DNA of 37,549 nucleotides from Solirubrobacterales bacterium. Lineage in GTDB: Bacteria; Actinomycetota; Thermoleophilia; Solirubrobacterales; 70-9. Position 1 is the stretch's first letter. The number at the start of each line of letters is the position of its first letter. The DNA is taken from positions 1 through 37,549 of the forward strand of contig DATCBF010000178.1 of NCBI GenBank assembly GCA_036512025.1, in the 5' to 3' direction. This document shows positions 17,320-25,950 of this stretch, in pieces. Under the pieces are notes generated by a model, which had not been told where the DNA came from, made no database searches, and was given only the letters and a program-made list of their open reading frames with translations. The position numbers and the translations under genes were made by a program.

Positions 17320-18744
17320 CTAGGGATTCCAACTGACCACCTGTTCGTGAGGACTCGCCTTCGGGCAGGTGGAAAGGGTGATCGGGGCCTGGTTCATCGC
17401 CCCCTTGAAGTTCATCCACACGTCTTCGTGGCTCATCTCGTCGTAGTTGCAGACAACCACCTGCTGGCGAATATTTCGGCCGTGCACGTTCGGGTAGTCG
17501 CGTATCGACGGAAAGAGATAGTTCTGGATGCCCGCGTGAGCGTGGCCATTGATGGGATTTTCGTAGTCGGCGGTCACCTGTCCCGCGAGCACGACGAGCC
17601 GGTTGGTTTTGCTTTCTCCGAGCCAGAATGCCAGGCGCTGATACATCCGCTTGGGGCAGGTCGAAGACGCGTATTCCTCGAGATCGCCCGGGTCGAACAG
17701 CAGGATGTAGTGGACCTGGCTGGCGAACTCCGAAGCTTCCAAGAAGAGCAGTGGCGCGGAGCGCGCGACACTCCAAGCGGCGAGGGTGGTTATGAGCTTG
17801 CCGCCGTACACGTCTCCGTGGAGCTCGGGGGGCACGATCGACGAAAGGTCGGGGCAACTTCCCCCACCGCTTGGATGCCACTCGTGAACGTCTGCCGTGT
17901 AGGTCGCGGGGGAGGTCGCCGGCACCCACTTGGTCAGGACGCCGAACGGACCGTAGTGGACCTTGATGTTTGGACCGTTATAAGGAGAGAAGTAGAGCGA
18001 CCCGCCGGGTGAATAGGAGGAGCCACCCTGGCTTGAGGCGCCGCAAGACGGCTCACCGGGCACGAAGGCATTCGCCGGCGCTCCGTCGTTGATGAAGTGC
18101 TCGTTGACCCAGCCTTCTCCGATGCCGGGGCGGCTGAGGTTGCGGACCTTGCTCCAGGCGCGGTCGTTGTAAGGGCCGACAGAGTCGCCAAGCGCCCCAC
18201 AGATCAATTCCACCTGATCGCCGTTGTAGACGCCGACCCCTGGAGTTTTGGTGGTGTTGCTCCATTCCGCGGAGTTGCGGTAATAGATCCCGCCTTCGGC
18301 ATTGAAGACGGTGAAAACGAGGCCGGCGGCGGGCGCTGGACCCGGGGCCGGCCCTGGAGGAGCAGAACCGCACGGCGGCACGCCGGGCGAGGGCTGGTTG
18401 ATCGGCTGGCCATCGTTGATGAAGTGCTCGTTGATCCAACCGCTGCCATAGCCAGAGCCGCCGACGTCGCTGGCCTGCTCCCACATCGAGTCGGTTGAGC
18501 CCGGAACATTGCCGGCACCGCTCTGGTAGCAGTGGACAGCGATCACGGTGTTGGGATAGAAGCCATTGCCCGAGACCGCCTCGGGCGTATTCCAGTCCGG
18601 TCCCGAGCGCCAGTAGATGCCACCTTCGGCGTTCATCACCCCGTAGGTCGGATCGGCCACCGACGGGGACGCCTGAATCATTGCCAGACAGACAAGCGCT
18701 GCGAAAGAGCCGATGCAACTGCGACGGATTGAGCGAGCCCGCAT
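17320..18744 (-). CDS. Secreted protein: signal peptide, two tandem SH3b-like repeats, Pro-rich linker, uncharacterised ~230-aa C-terminal domain
   Basis: Signal peptide SFAALVCLAMIQASPSVA. The two 93-aa repeats share NAEGGIYxR and GWxNEHFINDGxPxN...PGxPxCG. The C-terminal domain has ordered AAWSVA / LFDPGD / EMSHED motifs. Confidence 0.75.
   Translation of the reverse strand: MRARSIRRSCIGSFAALVCLAMIQASPSVADPTYGVMNAEGGIYWRSGPDWNTPEAVSGNGFYPNTVIAVHCYQSGAGNVPGSTDSMWEQASDVGGSGYGSGWINEHFINDGQPINQPSPGVPPCGSAPPGPAPGPAPAAGLVFTVFNAEGGIYYRNSAEWSNTTKTPGVGVYNGDQVELICGALGDSVGPYNDRAWSKVRNLSRPGIGEGWVNEHFINDGAPANAFVPGEPSCGASSQGGSSYSPGGSLYFSPYNGPNIKVHYGPFGVLTKWVPATSPATYTADVHEWHPSGGGSCPDLSSIVPPELHGDVYGGKLITTLAAWSVARSAPLLFLEASEFASQVHYILLFDPGDLEEYASSTCPKRMYQRLAFWLGESKTNRLVVLAGQVTADYENPINGHAHAGIQNYLFPSIRDYPNVHGRNIRQQVVVCNYDEMSHEDVWMNFKGAMNQAPITLSTCPKASPHEQVVSWNP
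18040..18318 (-). repeat. Intragenic repeat 2 (aa 143-235) of the secreted protein
   Basis: FTVFNAEGGIYYRNS...GEGWVNEHFINDGAPANAFVPGEPSCG aligns with repeat 1 at about 40% identity by eye. Confidence 0.7.
18367..18645 (-). repeat. Intragenic repeat 1 (aa 34-126) of the secreted protein
   Basis: YGVMNAEGGIYWRSG...GSGWINEHFINDGQPINQPSPGVPPCG. Confidence 0.7.
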
Positions 18745-18830
18745 GTGTCCTCCCTGCTACCGATGGACGAGTCAGGATTAATTAAGCGCCTCTGAGTAGA
18801 GGAACTTACATCAAGGAGTCTGCGCTTCGA

Positions 18831-19505
18831 TCAGGGAGTCAGGAAGACGTTGGTGAAGGCGGGAACGATCTTCTTCGCCAATGCCTTGTAGGTGGCGTGG
18901 CTGGGGTCTGCGCTATTGACAGTCAGCACGACGATCGCACTGGCATCCCCGCCGTCGCCCACCTCGTAGAAGCCGACGTTTCGGTCCTTGTTGCCAAGCC
19001 AGTCCGTCCTGTGCAGGAAGGAGGCGAAACTCGGGCTGGTGAAACTGGCGCCACCGAGGACTTTGCGGTCTGTCGCCAGCCCCTTGGCCCAGGTCAACGC
19101 CGCGACGGTCGGGTCCCAGTTTTCACCCTCCCCTCCCACTTCGTCGTCGCGGACTTCGGTCGTGACGACGACGTTCCCAAGCCCCGCGGGCACCGGCTTC
19201 TTGGCGCTCCGCAGCTGCTTCAGCAGGGCATTGCTCGGTTTCTGGTTGTAGCCGAAGAACTGGCATTCGGACTGATCGGCGCCGTTGACCGTGTGGTCTT
19301 CCGGCGACGGCGCCGTCGGGCTGACAGCGGCAGCGTGAGAGGTGACGTGGGTGACGCCGAGGGCCTTCTTCACGACCGACTGAGCCACCAGCTCGCAGGC
19401 GAGGCTGTTGTCGGGAGACGCCATGGCGATGGGCGCCGCCACCGCGGTGGGCAAGAGCAACCCGATAACGAGAGACACAAGCCGAGCTGAGCGCATTCCA
19501 GCCAC
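18831..19505 (-). CDS. Secreted hypothetical protein
   Basis: 224 aa with signal peptide RLVSLVIGLLLPTAVAAPIAMA. Start is GTG at 19505 or ATG at 19496. No recognisable family. Confidence 0.55.
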   Translation of the reverse strand: MAGMRSARLVSLVIGLLLPTAVAAPIAMASPDNSLACELVAQSVVKKALGVTHVTSHAAAVSPTAPSPEDHTVNGADQSECQFFGYNQKPSNALLKQLRSAKKPVPAGLGNVVVTTEVRDDEVGGEGENWDPTVAALTWAKGLATDRKVLGGASFTSPSFASFLHRTDWLGNKDRNVGFYEVGDGGDASAIVVLTVNSADPSHATYKALAKKIVPAFTNVFLTP

Positions 19506-19534
19506 GACCCCAGTCTAAGGGCCCGATCGTACAG

Positions 19535-20179
19535 TCAGCGCCGCTCGGCGTGTGCGATCAGCGCGGCGCAGGCCTCGAGCGCTTCGAGGTGTGGCGTTTC
19601 GTCCTCGGGGACGCCGGCGAGAATCTCGACCTCGGCGCCCTCGAAGAGGCTGCCGATGAGCGTGGCGAGGACGCGTGGGGGCATCGGCAGCTCGACGCCG
19701 CGCTCGGCCTGGAGGCGCTCAAGGCGCGCCTCAATGAGCTCGCGCCAGCTGCGCTGGGTGGCACGCCAGCGCTCGGCGAGCTCAGGGTCGGCGAGCCCGG
19801 CAGCCCATAGCTCCCAGAGGATCCGCACATAGCCGGAGTGGATGTCCTCGCGCAGGTAATCGCAGGCGGTGCGCCACTGGTCGGCAAACGCCCGGCCGTC
19901 GTTGAACATCGCCTGCTGGCGATGGAGCAGACGCTCGGTGAGGTCCTCGAGAACGGCGAGAAGCAAGCCGCGCTTGGAGCCGAAGTGGTAGTGGACCAGC
20001 GAGAGTCGCGCGCCGGCGCGGTCGGCGACGGCGCGCGTCGAGGTCGCGGCATAGCCCTCCTGGCGCAGCAGGTCGCCGGCGGCAGCGAGTAGCAACGCCC
20101 GCGTCGATTGGCCCTGCGCGAGGCGGAGGTCCCCGCTCGGCGCCGGCGTCTCAGGTTCGTCGCGGTCGGGAGCTGACAT
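19535..20179 (-). CDS. TetR-family transcriptional regulator
   Basis: GYAATSTRAVADRAGARLSLVHYHFGSKRGLLLAVLE is a canonical TetR N-terminal HTH. Confidence 0.9.
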   Translation of the reverse strand: MSAPDRDEPETPAPSGDLRLAQGQSTRALLLAAAGDLLRQEGYAATSTRAVADRAGARLSLVHYHFGSKRGLLLAVLEDLTERLLHRQQAMFNDGRAFADQWRTACDYLREDIHSGYVRILWELWAAGLADPELAERWRATQRSWRELIEARLERLQAERGVELPMPPRVLATLIGSLFEGAEVEILAGVPEDETPHLEALEACAALIAHAERR

Positions 20180-20203
20180 CGGGCCGTAGTATATATTTAA
20201 TTG

Positions 20204-20221
20204 ATTGGTCGCCCGACCAAT
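20204..20221. promoter_or_regulatory. Candidate TetR operator: perfect 8-2-8 inverted repeat in the divergent promoter region
   Basis: ATTGGTCG-CC-CGACCAAT sits in an AT-rich patch, 25 nt from the tetR start and 51 nt from the fusion-gene start. Confidence 0.5.
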
Positions 20222-20271
20222 TCATTCTAAGACAACGCAACCCACCGACAGATCGTCGAGCAGAGAGACGG

Positions 20272-22452
20272 ATGAGCATCACCGAGCAGGTCACCGCCGA
20301 GCAGGCCGATACGGGTGAGCAGACCCGAGCGCGCTACCCGGATGAACAGGGCTACATCGAGCGCGACGGCGTGCGCGTCTTCTACGAGGTCTACGGCGCC
20401 GGCGAGCCGACGATCTTGTTCTGCCCGACATGGACGCTCGTGCACTCGCGGGTGTGGAAGATGCAGATCCCCTACCTCGCCCGCCATCACCGTGTGGTCG
20501 TCTTCGATCCGCGCGGCAACGGCAAGAGCGACCGGCCCGGCGCCGTCGAGGCCTACGCCGAGTCGGAGTTCGCTCAGGACGCGCTCGAAGTCCTCGACGC
20601 GACCGGCACCGAGCGGGCGTTCGTCGTCGGCCTCTCACGCGGCACCCAGCGCGCCCTCCTGCTCGCCGCCGAGCACCCCGAGCGGGTGCTCGGCCTGGTG
20701 CTGATCGGCCCATGGTTCCCCGCCAGCCACTCGCTTGGCGGCCTGCGCTACCGGATCATGTCCCATCCGCGGATGAAGCCGGGGTTCAGGCGCAGACCGA
20801 TATCGACACGGGGCTGGGCGAAGTTCAACGCCGTGCACTTTCGTCATGACTTCCGTGATTTCGTCGAGTGGTTCACGGCGATGGCGGCGAACGAGGCCCA
20901 TTCGACCAAGGGCTTCGACGACGTCGTCGGATGGGGCCTGGAAACCGACCCGGTCACGCTGGGCCTGACCGTGCTCGCCGATGCGGCGGCGCCGGTCACC
21001 CGCCGCGACCAGCTCGCGCTCGCCCGCCGCGTGCAGTGCCCCGTGCTCGTCATCAGCGGGACGAAGGACAAGGTGACCAGCCACGCCGACGCCAGACTGC
21101 TGGCGAAGGCGACGGGCGGAAAGCTGATGGCGATCGAGGGCGGCGACCACGTCCCGGAGGGGCGGCGCCCCGTCGCCGTGAACCTCGCGATCCGCGAGTT
21201 TGTCGACCCCTCCTTTCAGCGAGACCCCACGGTCCATCGCGCCGACGGCCGGCCCCGAGCGCTGTACGTCTCCTCCCCCATCGGCCTCGGCCATGCCCGC
21301 CGAGACACCGCGATCGCGCGCGAGCTGCGCACCCTCGTCCCGGACCTGCAGATCGATTGGCTCGCCCAGAACCCGGTGACGCGGGTGCTAGAGACAGAGG
21401 GCGAGCGCATCCATCCCGCGAGCAGGCATCTGGTCAACGAGTCGGCCCACCTCGAATCCGAGTCCGCCGCGCACGACCTGCAGTGCTTCCAGGCCATCCG
21501 GCGCATGGACGAGATCCTGACCGCCAACTACATGGTCTTCGACGACGTCGCGGGCGAGACGAGGTATGACCTGTGGATCGGCGACGAGGCCTGGGAGCTC
21601 GACTACCACCTGCACAAGAACCCCGCCCGCAAGCGCGCGCCCTTCGCCTGGCTGACGGACTTCGTCGGCTGGCTGCCGATGCCCGAGAACGGCGAGCGCG
21701 AGGCGTTCGTGGCGGCGGACTACAACGCCGAGATGGTCGAGCACATCCGCGACCACCCGGAGATCCGCGACCGGGCGATCTTCGTCGGCAACCCCGACGA
21801 CATCGTCGGCGACCGCCTCGGGCCCAACCTTCCGGGGATCCGCGAGTGGACCGAGCGCAATTTCGACTTCTCCGGCTACATCACCGGCTTCGACCGGGCC
21901 GAGCTGCGAGACCGCGAGCGGCTGCGCGCCGAGCTCGGCTACCAGCCGCACGAGCGTGTCTGCCTGGTCACGGTCGGCGGCTCGGGCGTGGGCGCGGACC
22001 TGCTGCGACGGGTCATGGCGGCCTTCCCCGCCGCATCGAAACTCGTTCCCGAGCTGCGGATGATCGTCGTCGCCGGGCCGCGCATCGACCCGGCGACGCT
22101 GCCCGCCGCCGCCGGCCTGGAGGTGCGCGCCTACGTCGACGACCTCTACCGCCACCTCGCCGCCTGCGACCTCGCCGTAGTCCAGGGCGGGCTGACGACC
22201 ACCATGGAGCTGACCGCCGCACAGCGGCCATTCCTCTATTTCCCCCTGCGCCACCACTTCGAGCAGCGCTTTCACGTCGCCCACCGGCTCGACCGCTACC
22301 GAGCCGGCCGCCGGATGGACTTCGACCAGGCCGGCCCTAACGTCATCGCCGAGGCGATCGCCGAGGAGATCGGCCGCGACGTCGACTACCGCCCGGTGGA
22401 AACGGACGGCGCCCGCCTGGCGGCACAACGCATCGCAGAGCTACTCAACTAA
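20272..22452 (+). CDS. Fusion protein: N-terminal alpha/beta hydrolase plus C-terminal GT-B glycosyltransferase (GT1/GT28, MGT/MurG-like)
   Basis: N-terminal half has a GLSRG nucleophile elbow, HRVVVFDPRGNGKSD and GGDHVP. C-terminal half has SSPIGLGHARRDTAIAREL, GGSGVG and QGGLTTTMELTAAQRPFLYFPL..HFEQ. Confidence 0.8.
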   Translation: MSITEQVTAEQADTGEQTRARYPDEQGYIERDGVRVFYEVYGAGEPTILFCPTWTLVHSRVWKMQIPYLARHHRVVVFDPRGNGKSDRPGAVEAYAESEFAQDALEVLDATGTERAFVVGLSRGTQRALLLAAEHPERVLGLVLIGPWFPASHSLGGLRYRIMSHPRMKPGFRRRPISTRGWAKFNAVHFRHDFRDFVEWFTAMAANEAHSTKGFDDVVGWGLETDPVTLGLTVLADAAAPVTRRDQLALARRVQCPVLVISGTKDKVTSHADARLLAKATGGKLMAIEGGDHVPEGRRPVAVNLAIREFVDPSFQRDPTVHRADGRPRALYVSSPIGLGHARRDTAIARELRTLVPDLQIDWLAQNPVTRVLETEGERIHPASRHLVNESAHLESESAAHDLQCFQAIRRMDEILTANYMVFDDVAGETRYDLWIGDEAWELDYHLHKNPARKRAPFAWLTDFVGWLPMPENGEREAFVAADYNAEMVEHIRDHPEIRDRAIFVGNPDDIVGDRLGPNLPGIREWTERNFDFSGYITGFDRAELRDRERLRAELGYQPHERVCLVTVGGSGVGADLLRRVMAAFPAASKLVPELRMIVVAGPRIDPATLPAAAGLEVRAYVDDLYRHLAACDLAVVQGGLTTTMELTAAQRPFLYFPLRHHFEQRFHVAHRLDRYRAGRRMDFDQAGPNVIAEAIAEEIGRDVDYRPVETDGARLAAQRIAELLN

Positions 22453-22589
22453 CAGGAGGAGGACACACCATGCGATCCATCCCACGTGAGGACGTCCCGG
22501 TCGTCATCGACACCTAGAGCAACCAGGATAGTTACCCACGATGCGCTCCTCTCAATTAGGACTGCCATAGCCTATAGATGGGCTCGCCC

Positions 22590-23102
22590 TCAAGGGTGCA
22601 GCCGCCCTCGCTTTCGATGTCGACCGAAACGTAGGAAAGATAAGGTAACGCCTTCCGCCCGCATCGCCAGAAAGCCACCTAAGACGATACCGAGAGAGGC
22701 AACGAGGGCGAAGAAGATGCCGCCCTTAAGTGTCGGTTCGATCAAGAAGCCTTCCGGGAGTTCCCTCGAGCCGGGCGGGGAAACCATCCGAGTCAGGATC
22801 AAGAGCGACGCGAGGCAGCCAAACACGGTCACCGCCGCGTTAGCGGGGACCGCCGGCTTCCAATCAAAGCCGGCGAGGCGCATGAGCACCGACCCAAGCG
22901 CGACAGCGATCGCTAACACCAAAAAGATCGGGATCACTTCGAGCGTCTGCCAGGCATTGCCGCCGCCGAAGGGAACAAACCGCACGAGCAAATTCCCCAA
23001 GTTCCCTTTGACGTCAAACCACTCAAAGAACATGGAGATGAAGAGCAGGATCGCCGAAGCGCCGGCGATCGTCTCGCCATATTTGAGCCTATTTAGGTCC
23101 AT
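22590..23102 (-). CDS. Four-TM membrane protein, unknown function
   Basis: 170 aa from the ATG at 23102 (MDLNRLKYGE...) with an AGGTGA SD and four hydrophobic segments. Lower G+C than the backbone. Confidence 0.55.
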   Translation of the reverse strand: MDLNRLKYGETIAGASAILLFISMFFEWFDVKGNLGNLLVRFVPFGGGNAWQTLEVIPIFLVLAIAVALGSVLMRLAGFDWKPAVPANAAVTVFGCLASLLILTRMVSPPGSRELPEGFLIEPTLKGGIFFALVASLGIVLGGFLAMRAEGVTLSFLRFGRHRKRGRLHP

Positions 23103-23227
23103 ATGCCGCTCACCTTTCTGGCCAAACACGAGCGCAGCGAGAATACGCCCCGTGGTCGCTCCTTGGCCGAAACTTGCACCCGCAACAGGGGCGTGCTTAG
23201 CGTTCCTGCCTGTAGGTTCACCGAACC

Positions 23228-23758
23228 TCACCCATCCTGCTTGAGGCTAAGGGGCCGCATCAACGGATCATCAAGGATCCCCGGGACTACGTTCGGAGGC
23301 ATCCTATATGGATGGAGTAACGGCTCTACCAAGGTTTCGGATCCTCGTTCAGCCACTACGACCTCAGACGCATTTCGCGACTGATATTCGGGCGACCATA
23401 CGGGCGCACCGCTGTCACCGTGGGCGGGCGGCTCGTTGAATTCAACCCAATATCCCCCTCTGGCAATCCCATCGCTTGCCCCGATCCAGCGCGTCGAGCG
23501 AGCAACGACGGGACCGCACTGAGGCACTGTCGTCTTGGCGCCGGAATAGCAGAGATAATTGCCTATTCTCGCTTTTCCCGCCTGCCCGACGGGTATTAGG
23601 TGTCCCTCTAATCCGTATATATCCTGAGGAACGATGCCAGCGTCCTCGACTCGAATCGCCTCCGCATCGGTGCGCTCCGATGACGTACTTTCTACGGATG
23701 CGATGTCGTTTCCGGGTGCTTGCGCTTCTGGATGAAGCAGTAGTGCTTTGGCTTGCAT
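23228..23758 (-). CDS. S1 (chymotrypsin-fold, streptogrisin/alpha-lytic-like) protease C-terminal half only; probable truncated paralog
   Basis: AIRVEDAGIVPQ and HGDSGAPVW (Asp and Ser regions) are present, but no TAGHC His region. The in-frame upstream extension overlaps the neighbouring gene and shows no homology. Confidence 0.5.
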   Translation of the reverse strand: MQAKALLLHPEAQAPGNDIASVESTSSERTDAEAIRVEDAGIVPQDIYGLEGHLIPVGQAGKARIGNYLCYSGAKTTVPQCGPVVARSTRWIGASDGIARGGYWVEFNEPPAHGDSGAPVWSPEYQSRNASEVVVAERGSETLVEPLLHPYRMPPNVVPGILDDPLMRPLSLKQDG

Positions 23759-23847
23759 TGACGCAGCAACATTCTTAGCCCCAACCGGGATGGCGGACGC
23801 CGGGGACACACTCGGTTGTCCTGAACGAAGTCTTGACGTCAGTTGTT

Positions 23848-24336
23848 CTAGTGCACCCGGAACTCGGCCATAAGGTTCATTGACTTGGTTTTCAGCTTCG
23901 GCGCGACTTTCTTCGACACCCGATAGAGGCCGGGTGCGGCCTGGCTTGGAATGTCGATCCCCTGACAGGCGCTTGCCGTCCCGGCACGCACGAAAGATCG
24001 TGATTTGAAAAATGGCCCGGTCCGCTGCTTGACCCAAGATCCACCTTCCCATCGCGCAAGCTCGTATGCGAGTCCATATACAACATCTTCCGTGCCGAGA
24101 TCTTCTACGCGCACGCGCAGCTGACCACCAGGCCTGACGCTTCCCCGGTCAACTCCCAAGCGCACCTTGAAAGGAGGCGGGACGGCTACCACATCGATGC
24201 TCGGCTCACTGCAGAAGCCACCTCCTCCGCTTGCAAGGAGGCCTCGGCTGGCTGCAACCGAAAACGAGACGTTGCATGACGCCACGAAGACAAATGCAAG
24301 AGCCGCAACCCTGACCGATCGAATACGTAGCTTCAT
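23848..24336 (-). CDS. Secreted beta-sandwich-like protein (possible protease-inhibitor-like fold)
   Basis: 162 aa with signal peptide VAALAFVFVASCNVSFSVAA and a GGGAGGAAG SD. The pattern G..LRVRVEDLG...Y.L.RW.GG.W......F...........IP..A.PG.YRV is beta-rich. Confidence 0.6.
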   Translation of the reverse strand: MKLRIRSVRVAALAFVFVASCNVSFSVAASRGLLASGGGGFCSEPSIDVVAVPPPFKVRLGVDRGSVRPGGQLRVRVEDLGTEDVVYGLAYELARWEGGSWVKQRTGPFFKSRSFVRAGTASACQGIDIPSQAAPGLYRVSKKVAPKLKTKSMNLMAEFRVH

Positions 24337-24358
24337 GGCTTCCTCCCTTACTCGTCGT

Positions 24359-25238
24359 CTACTTCCACGTAATTATATGGAGCGGTTCGCCTTCTACGCC
24401 AAGAGCAGGCAGACTGCCCTGAGCTTTAGGATAGCCCGGAATTTCCTCGACTGGAGTAAACCATGAAGAGTTTGCGATTCCCTCAGTCAAAGTCCCAACA
24501 GCATCTCCGGTAGCGCGCTCCCAGTAAGGCCTCCGCTATCCCCGGGTGCAGTCGGAATTTCGGTCCTGATCGTACAGAGAACAGGGTTTCCATTTTCGTG
24601 CTCTTCACCCCAGCGTTCACATTTGGGCGGCCATTCTGCTGGGCCGCATTTCACGTTAGGACTGTACTGCCCTGCCCGACACACCACCATTCCTTCTTTC
24701 ACGGCCGTCGCTCCATTGATCCTGCGAAACTGCGTGTCGGAATAGCGAATGAGACGCGGCACGATGCTCGGGTCTTCTACTCTAATCGCCTCACCCGCTG
24801 CCAGGCAAATTTTCCTTCCGGGGATGTTTCCCACTGCTTGACTTCGGTCCCAGGCGTAAAGCAGTGTCCTGCGGTCGTGATGAAATCCCGGTAAAGGACA
24901 CTCCCGTCGGGCCTTACTCCTCCTTTATCCCACGCACCCCAGCCAACGCTACATTCCTCTTCTGAGCGTTCGGGTTCTCCAAGGAACGTCGCGCCTAGCA
25001 TCTCGCCGGCCTTTACAGGACCGGTCGGGCTAGCCTTAATTCTCTGGAAAGACGGGCGTTCTTTCGCGGCTTCGTAGTAGACGCTAATAGGCACCCCAGC
25101 GCCGAAGTGCGATTTCACAAACCCTTCAACTTCCGTGACATTTGATGCTCCGATGTCCAGCCATGGGGACGACAATGGGGACGCCATACCTGACTCGCCG
25201 AGGAAGGGCGGTAAGACCAGGGGTGTCACCACCCGCAC
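24359..25238 (-). pseudogene. S1-family serine protease gene disrupted by two frameshifts
   Basis: ITTAGHCF is in frame 1 (ORF 24777-25238). AIRVEDPSIVPR...GDSGG is in frame 2 (ORF 24487-24834). The expected continuation PYWERATGDAVGTLTEGIANSSWFTPVEEI...TWK* is in a third frame, entered at about 24530 and ending at 24359. Confidence 0.65.
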
Positions 25239-25664
25239 TCAACCGATGCGGACAAGTAGGAGGACCCCAAGAGCGGCACCGATGACACCAAGCGACCAGA
25301 GCCAGATCCTGGCGTAGGCGCCGATGAGCCCATAGCCCCGCGGCCTTCTTCCCTTCGCGTCATCCAAATACGTGGCGTTGGCGATCTCCGCCCCCGGTCC
25401 CGGCTCCTCCTCGACTAGTGTCTCGTCCAGCAGCCGTCGGGCATCCTCGGCCTGACCTGTACGGACCATGACCCGTTGTGAGCCGGGCGGCAAGAGGCCG
25501 ATGCCTAGCAGTGGGCCATTCAGGCCAGTCGGCAGGAGAAGGCTCGGGATGCCACCGTTCTCGAGGAGGCCCTGAATCATCCCCGCCTCCGTGGGGTCGT
25601 TGGCGAAGGCGATCTTGACCAGATCGGCACCCGACAGGCCATCCGTTGTCTCGATCTTTCCCAT
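25239..25664 (-). CDS. DUF2007-like (putative signal-transducing) domain protein with a C-terminal TM anchor
   Basis: LVKIAFANDPTEAGMIQGLLENGGIPSLL...VMVRTGQAEDARRLLDE fits the DUF2007 pattern. The C-terminal helix is IWLWSLGVIGAALGVLLLV. Its stop abuts the protease pseudogene start. Confidence 0.65.
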   Translation of the reverse strand: MGKIETTDGLSGADLVKIAFANDPTEAGMIQGLLENGGIPSLLLPTGLNGPLLGIGLLPPGSQRVMVRTGQAEDARRLLDETLVEEEPGPGAEIANATYLDDAKGRRPRGYGLIGAYARIWLWSLGVIGAALGVLLLVRIG

Positions 25665-25950
25665 GGCCGCGAAGAGTAGCCGCGTATTGGCGAGAACAGA
25701 GCTTTAAAGAAGATGGACACCGACCTCCACAGTGGGGTGCCTTCACCACGGTCGTCCAGCTTCGCGCCGCCGATACGAGCCGGGCCGTCGCCGCCCTGGA
25801 CCGCAGCACCGAGACCCTGAACAAGCTGACCTGGGTGCTTGTCGTTCTCGGCCGGGGCTCACTCGTCATCGCCCTGGTCGCGCTGGTCGTCGCTCTCTAG
25901 GCCCGACCTTTGCCCACCAGTTCAGCACCGGAAATCCTGGCCATCGGTAG

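Noticed and set aside
22496-22516. Possible third copy of the sufT-like att core (CGGTCGTCATCGA versus CGGTCATCATCGC).
   Set aside because: Similarity is limited to about 12 nt of a common G+C-rich codon string. It lacks the GAAGCC...GCGAACTT part of the core and does not encode the MMTDDAKFALGF peptide. It is most likely chance.
22486-23244. 252-aa plus-strand ORF.
   Set aside because: It is antisense to the four-TM membrane protein, basic and low-complexity, with no motifs.
25646-25900. 84-aa plus-strand ORF ending in a hydrophobic helix (LTWVLVVLGRGSLVIALVALVVAL).
   Set aside because: Its only possible start is a TTG that overlaps the DUF2007 gene start on the other strand, and it has no SD. 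It may be a gene relic but cannot be supported.
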